Shown one piece after another: positions 24,273 to 28,129 of a stretch of DNA of 28,129 nt. This DNA is from a virus (Duplodnaviria; Caudoviricetes): positions 1 to 28,129 of the IMG/VR virus record IMGVR_UViG_3300037422_000090, one strand, 5' to 3'. How positions within the stretch are numbered: the first letter of the stretch is position 1; the number at the start of each line of letters is the position of its first letter. The notes beneath the pieces were generated by a model. That model saw only the letters and a list, made by a program, of their open reading frames with translations. It had not been told where the DNA came from and ran no database searches. A program made the translations under genes and the position numbers.

Positions 24273-24753
24273 ATCAAATCGCAGAGGCGCGCACCTCGAT
24301 CCCAACTATTTCTGGTCGTTCGTCGACAAGTCGGGCGAGTGCTGGCTGTGGTTGGGCGCGAGTATTGCAACCGGCTACGGACATATCAGCGTCGAAGGTC
24401 GCCATGTACTCACGCATCGCCACGCCTGGATGCTTGAAAATGGCCCAATTCCTGACGGGCTCTTTGTCTTGCACCGCTGCGACAACCCGCCTTGCGTGCG
24501 ACCGTCGCACCTGTACCTCGGCACGAAGCGCGACAACGCTCTCGATCGCGAGCGCCGCGGTCGGCATCCTCGCACGCGCGGCGAGGCACACGGCCTTGCA
24601 GTGCTGACAGCCGAGCAGGTCACGAAGATTCGAGCGAGATTCGCCGCAGGCGAGCGCCAATGCGATCTAGCGCGCGAGTACGACGTCAACTATCGGACGA
24701 TTTTCGCAGTCGTCAGATCCATCAACTGGAGAAGCCTCAATGCAACAGCCTGA
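24262..24753 (+). CDS. HNH homing endonuclease with C-terminal HTH
   Basis: CWLWLG...GYG...HRHAW...VLHRCDNPPCVRPSHLYLGTKRDN; more AT-rich than flanks. Confidence 0.9.
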   Translation: MPRKSNRRGAHLDPNYFWSFVDKSGECWLWLGASIATGYGHISVEGRHVLTHRHAWMLENGPIPDGLFVLHRCDNPPCVRPSHLYLGTKRDNALDRERRGRHPRTRGEAHGLAVLTAEQVTKIRARFAAGERQCDLAREYDVNYRTIFAVVRSINWRSLNATA

Positions 24754-25405
24754 CCTCAAGCAGCTCCCCGAAGTGCGCGAGCTCGAAACCACGGTCAACG
24801 ACCTGGCGACTTACGCGCGCGACTTCAAGGTCACGACCGCCGAGCAGTACAGCGCCGCGGGCGCCGACCTGACGCGCATCAAGGCCGCGCGCAAGCGCCT
24901 CGACGACATCAGGACTGGGATCACCCGGCCCATGGATGCCGCGAAGAAGGCGGTCATGGACTTCTTCCGGGCACCCGGCGAGAAACTCGACCAGGCCGAG
25001 CGCGCGATCAAGCGCGCCATGGTCGACTTCACCGAAGAGCAGGAGCGCCTGCGCCTCGAAGAGCAACGCCGGGCAGACGAGGCCGCGCGCAAGGAACGCG
25101 ACCGGCTCGCTGCCCAGGCTGCCAGGGCCGCGGAGAGCGGCAAGATCGAGAAGGCCGAGCAGCTGCAGGCGCGCGCCGCGACTGTGGTCGCCCCGGTGAT
25201 CAGCCGCGAGCCGCCCAAGGTGACCGGCGTCAGCACGCGCGACGTGTGGAAGTTCGAGATCGTCAACGAAATGGAGGTGCCGCGCGAGTACCTGATGGTC
25301 GACGAGTCGAAGATTCGCAAGGTGGTCGGCGCACTCAAGGGCGAGACCAGGATCGCCGGCGTGCGCGTGTGGCCGGAGAAGTCGATCGCAGCGGGGGCGG
25401 CGTGA
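24740..25405 (+). CDS. Coiled-coil recombination-module protein (Gp157/Mu Gam-like architecture)
   Basis: Long coiled coil, then 'WKFEIVNEMEVPREYLMVDESKIRK...IAGVRV'. Confidence 0.6.
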   Translation: MQQPDLKQLPEVRELETTVNDLATYARDFKVTTAEQYSAAGADLTRIKAARKRLDDIRTGITRPMDAAKKAVMDFFRAPGEKLDQAERAIKRAMVDFTEEQERLRLEEQRRADEAARKERDRLAAQAARAAESGKIEKAEQLQARAATVVAPVISREPPKVTGVSTRDVWKFEIVNEMEVPREYLMVDESKIRKVVGALKGETRIAGVRVWPEKSIAAGAA

Positions 25406-25545
25406 GGGCACGCATCTACCGAGGCAATGACGTGTTGCGGTTGTGGGTCAAGGAATTCCGCTGCGGTTGTCGCGGCTACGCGGCGACCAAAGCCGAGGCG
25501 CGCAAGATCAAGTGGACCTGTATGCACGCGGAGAAGCGACCATGA
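25402..25545 (+). CDS. Hypothetical protein (47 aa)
   Basis: GTGA/ATGA coupling fills the gap between genes. Confidence 0.45.
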   Translation: MRARIYRGNDVLRLWVKEFRCGCRGYAATKAEARKIKWTCMHAEKRP

Positions 25546-25742
25546 GCTACGTCTACGTCAAGAGCGAACCGAACCTCTTCACGGTGGGCTTCTACGACCC
25601 GGCCGGGAAGTGGCACTCGGACAGCGACCACGCAACTGCCGAGGAAGCGGCGCAGCGCGTCGCCTACCTGAACGGCGCCGGCGCGGTGCGGGGTGTGCTC
25701 GACGGGCCGCTGAACAGCGGCGACGGGGTGTATCGGCCATGA
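25542..25742 (+). CDS. Small phage hypothetical protein (66 aa)
   Basis: MSYVYVKSEPNLFTVGFYDPAGKWHSDSDH...AAQRVAYLNG; GGAG RBS. Confidence 0.65.
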   Translation: MSYVYVKSEPNLFTVGFYDPAGKWHSDSDHATAEEAAQRVAYLNGAGAVRGVLDGPLNSGDGVYRP

Positions 25743-26200
25743 AGGACGAAAGCGTCGAGGTTGTAACCGACGTGCTCCACTCCGACGGGCCCGTGCTCAA
25801 GGAGATCAGGCAGCAGGCGACGATGATTCGCGATCTGCAGGCACGACTCGTTGCCATGCAGGAGGACCGCGACAAGTGGAAGGCCGGCGTCCAGGGCGCG
25901 AACCGCGCTCGCGATGAGCAGTACCTAGTGGTGTGCAAGCTCGCCACCGAGATTGCCGCTCTGCGCGGGGTGATCTACGCCGACAAGGACTTGGCGCAGC
26001 GAGTCGCCTTCATCGAAGCGAACTGGGGCGAGGCTGGTGGCGTAGGCATCGACGGCGCGCCCGTGCAGCTGGGCGTGTGGTTCATCGCACAGCTGCAAAG
26101 CCTGCGCGAACTGCGCAAGACCATCGACGCTGCGGTGACCGTCAGGCAGGAGGCGATTCTGCGCGAGCGCGGCCCAGCGCCGCCGGGGGGCAACGCATGA
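25739..26200 (+). CDS. Coiled-coil hypothetical protein (153 aa)
   Basis: ATGA-coupled; MKDESVEVVTD... Confidence 0.6.
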   Translation: MKDESVEVVTDVLHSDGPVLKEIRQQATMIRDLQARLVAMQEDRDKWKAGVQGANRARDEQYLVVCKLATEIAALRGVIYADKDLAQRVAFIEANWGEAGGVGIDGAPVQLGVWFIAQLQSLRELRKTIDAAVTVRQEAILRERGPAPPGGNA

Positions 26201-26454
26201 ACGATCAGCGCACCTGCCTGCAGTGCCAGCAGCCGTTCGAGCCGCGCCGCGTGCACCAGAAGTTCTGCAGCAAAGCCTGCCGGCTCGCCGCGCACCAGGC
26301 GCACCCGTCGGATCAGGGCCCGTCCGCCCAGGTCAAGACGGTGCGCGTGCTCTCGAGCGGCAAGATCAGCATGACCGTGAACTTCGACGCGATCGAGCGC
26401 GAGCGCGCGATCCGCTTTGCGCCCAAGCAGCCAGTACAAGTGATCGCGGCGTGA
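26197..26454 (+). CDS. Zinc-finger protein (85 aa)
   Basis: CLQCQQPF...KFCSKACR. Confidence 0.65.
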   Translation: MNDQRTCLQCQQPFEPRRVHQKFCSKACRLAAHQAHPSDQGPSAQVKTVRVLSSGKISMTVNFDAIERERAIRFAPKQPVQVIAA

Positions 26455-26681
26455 GCGACAAGGACCACAACGAGGGCGGGACGTGTCCGTCCTTGCCGCC
26501 CGTCGGCGATCGCGGCCAGCGCTACGAGGTACGCTTCATCGATGGCGATGGAGAAGAGCGGGTGATGGGTTGGACCGATCAAGCCGACGGCGGGCCGTTC
26601 GCGCAAGCCATTCGACGGCACCCCGTGTGGCACTCATGGCGCGTGATCGATCGGCACGTCCATGCTTTTGACCGACGCTGA
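26451..26681 (+). CDS. Hypothetical protein (76 aa)
   Basis: GTGA-coupled; MSDKDHNEGGTCPSLPPVGDRGQRYEVRF... Confidence 0.55.
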   Translation: MSDKDHNEGGTCPSLPPVGDRGQRYEVRFIDGDGEERVMGWTDQADGGPFAQAIRRHPVWHSWRVIDRHVHAFDRR

Positions 26682-26865
26682 ACTGGTGGAGTTGACGCGC
26701 CGCCGCAAGCCTGGCTGGCAGGCGCGTGCGCTGCATCGCATGGGGATTCCGTACCGGCGCCGGCCCGACGGAACCCTCGCGGTGCTTCGCATCCACGTCG
26801 AGACGCCCCCGGCCGCCGACCCTGCTACCATCCAACCGAGCCCGAAGCTGCGACTGGAAGCGTGA
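26662..26865 (+). CDS. DUF4224-like putative excisionase
   Basis: MLLTDAELVELTRRRKPGWQARALHRMGIPYRRRPDG pattern; just upstream of the integrase. Confidence 0.75.
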   Translation: MLLTDAELVELTRRRKPGWQARALHRMGIPYRRRPDGTLAVLRIHVETPPAADPATIQPSPKLRLEA

Positions 26866-26873
26866 GGCATGCC

Positions 26874-27041
26874 ATGCCCATCAAGGTGCCGCAAGGCTAC
26901 GTTCTAGTGCCCATTGAACCGCCGGACTCGATTCCAGAAGAGTTCGATTTGGAACTATTCGACCTGTGCCGTGATGACGATTATCGCGGCCTCTATCGAG
27001 CGCTGATTGCCCGCGCTGCATCGCGTGAGCCGACCACGTAG
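26874..27041 (+). CDS. Small protein between xis and int (55 aa)
   Basis: Not in the ORF track. [55 protein letters not shown]; GAGG upstream; 'VPxGYVLVPxEP...YRAxI' is a common small phage motif. Confidence 0.5.
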   Translation: MPIKVPQGYVLVPIEPPDSIPEEFDLELFDLCRDDDYRGLYRALIARAASREPTT

Positions 27042-28017
27042 ACGCGACCGCCACCTGCCGCCGTGCGTCTACCAGCAGCACGGCGCCTACTGGCTGGTGC
27101 GCGCCGGCAAGTGGACCCGCCTCGGCACCACCCTCACGACCGCCCTCGAGGAATACGCCCGCCTGCACGAAGCGCCGCAGGGCGGCATGGTGCCGCTCAT
27201 CGAACGCGTGCTCGCGAAGGTCGGCCAGAAGCTCGCCCCCTCGACCCGGGCGCAGTACCGCATCGCCGCGCGCCGGCTGCAGAAGATCCTCGCGGAGTTC
27301 GCCCCCGAGCAGGTCAAGCCCCGGCACGTGGCGCAGATCAAGGCCTCGATGGTGGCGACGCCCAACATGGCGAACCGGGTGCTGTCTTTCCTGCGCACCG
27401 TCATGGCGGAAGCCGTCGAAGAGCAGCTGATCGACAGCAACCCGTGCATCGGCATTCGCCGCCTCGAGGAAGCGAAGCGCCGCCGACACCTGACCGACGG
27501 CGAGATCGCGGCGATCCACGCAGCAGCCGGCGCCCAGCTCAAGGTGATCATCGAACTACTGCTCGGCGCCGGGCAGCGCGTGGTCGACACGCTCACCATC
27601 CGCCGCTCCCAGCTGCGACCCGAGGGTATCGAGTTCGAGCAGCAGAAGACCGGGGCCCGCCTCATCGTCGCCTGGAACCCAGACTTGCGCCTGGCGGTCG
27701 AGCACGCGAATGCACTGCACGGGAACGTGCGCGCCCTCACCCTGTTGCACAACCGCTTCGGCAAGGCCCCGGATTACCGCAGCGTCAGCACCCAGTGGCA
27801 GGCAGCCTGCCGCCGGGCGCGAGTTGAGGATGCCCAGCTACGCGACCTGCGCGCTAAGTCATTGACTCTGACCAAGAAACAGGGGAAGGACGCCCAGGCG
27901 CTCGGCGGGCACGAGTCGCCGAAGATGACCGAGCGCTACCTGCGCGAGCGCGATATTCCGGTCGTCGACGGGCCGAGTTTTAGACAGGTTTTTGACAGCC
28001 AGCCGAAAAGCGCTTGA
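27025..28017 (+). CDS. int: Tyrosine recombinase / phage integrase
   Basis: Likely start GTG 27025 ([16 protein letters not shown]); catalytic R (GQRVVD), K (QQKTG), RDLR (HxxR variant), GH, Y (TERYLR). Confidence 0.93.
   Translation: MSRPRRRDRHLPPCVYQQHGAYWLVRAGKWTRLGTTLTTALEEYARLHEAPQGGMVPLIERVLAKVGQKLAPSTRAQYRIAARRLQKILAEFAPEQVKPRHVAQIKASMVATPNMANRVLSFLRTVMAEAVEEQLIDSNPCIGIRRLEEAKRRRHLTDGEIAAIHAAAGAQLKVIIELLLGAGQRVVDTLTIRRSQLRPEGIEFEQQKTGARLIVAWNPDLRLAVEHANALHGNVRALTLLHNRFGKAPDYRSVSTQWQAACRRARVEDAQLRDLRAKSLTLTKKQGKDAQALGGHESPKMTERYLRERDIPVVDGPSFRQVFDSQPKSA
27977..27998 (+). repeat. Putative integrase arm-type binding sites
   Basis: Tandem 11-mers GTTTTAGACAG / GTTTTTGACAG, AT-rich, about 40 bp from the junction. 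Confidence 0.55.
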
Positions 28018-28129
28018 TGTTCAATAGCTTGCCGCATACCCCGATGATGCAGCAGTACCTGCGCATCAAGGCGGCGCATCCGGACGTGCTGCTGCTGTAC
28101 CGGATGGGGGATTTCTACGAGATGTTCTA
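28017..28129 (+). CDS. mutS: DNA mismatch repair protein MutS, 5' end (runs off window)
   Basis: ATG 28017 reads [37 protein letters not shown]; HTPMMQQY and RMGDFYE are MutS1 N-terminal signatures. Confidence 0.95.
   Translation, partial: MFNSLPHTPMMQQYLRIKAAHPDVLLLYRMGDFYEMF
28035..28057 (+). other. Probable att core region (prophage/host junction)
   Basis: MutS similarity starts abruptly at CATACCCCGATGATGCAGCAGTA, 17 nt after the int stop. The exact core cannot be fixed without the other prophage end. Confidence 0.55.

Larger units (their letters stand above)
1..28035. mobile_element. Temperate podovirus-type prophage integrated in mutS (left part outside window)
   Basis: Continuous phage gene set from virion genes through immunity to integrase, ending at a host housekeeping gene. 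Confidence 0.92.

Noticed and set aside
1-28129. Diversity-generating retroelement, CRISPR array, tRNA or defence system
   Set aside because: Looked for because of the BPP-1-like structure genes. No reverse transcriptase motif, TR/VR pair, repeat-spacer array, tRNA fold or recognisable defence gene was seen by eye.

Overview
Almost the whole window (1 to about 28035) is one arm of a high-GC temperate phage (prophage) with T7/BPP-1-type short-tailed structural genes and a lambda-like immunity switch, joined at its right end to the 5' end of host mutS. The minus strand carries a cro operon: CII-position gene, replication initiator with internal iterons, RusA, peptide deformylase and a tandem-HTH regulator. 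It then carries the late genes: portal, a roughly 4 kb inserted cassette of beta-rich/FN3/Zn-finger/repeat proteins, scaffold, major capsid, cement, tail tube A/B, a GNAT and ejection proteins running off the left edge. The plus strand carries a short cI, DUF6573-like protein, C5 DNA methyltransferase, a recombination module with an inserted HNH gene, small genes, an excisionase-like gene and a tyrosine integrase. Highlights: (1) the integrase stop codon overlaps an apparently phage-supplied ATG that restarts mutS; (2) an identical 15-bp pseudo-palindrome with a fixed-spacing -10-like box lies in front of three late gene blocks, one copy directly behind a tandem-duplicated HTH gene, suggesting a late-activator system; (3) the capsid mRNA leader holds twin hairpins with the same 1x5 internal loop; (4) an uncharacterised cassette sits between portal and scaffold; (5) the phage encodes a peptide deformylase. 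No terminase or lysis genes are visible in the window. All family assignments come from motif recognition and gene order, not database searches.
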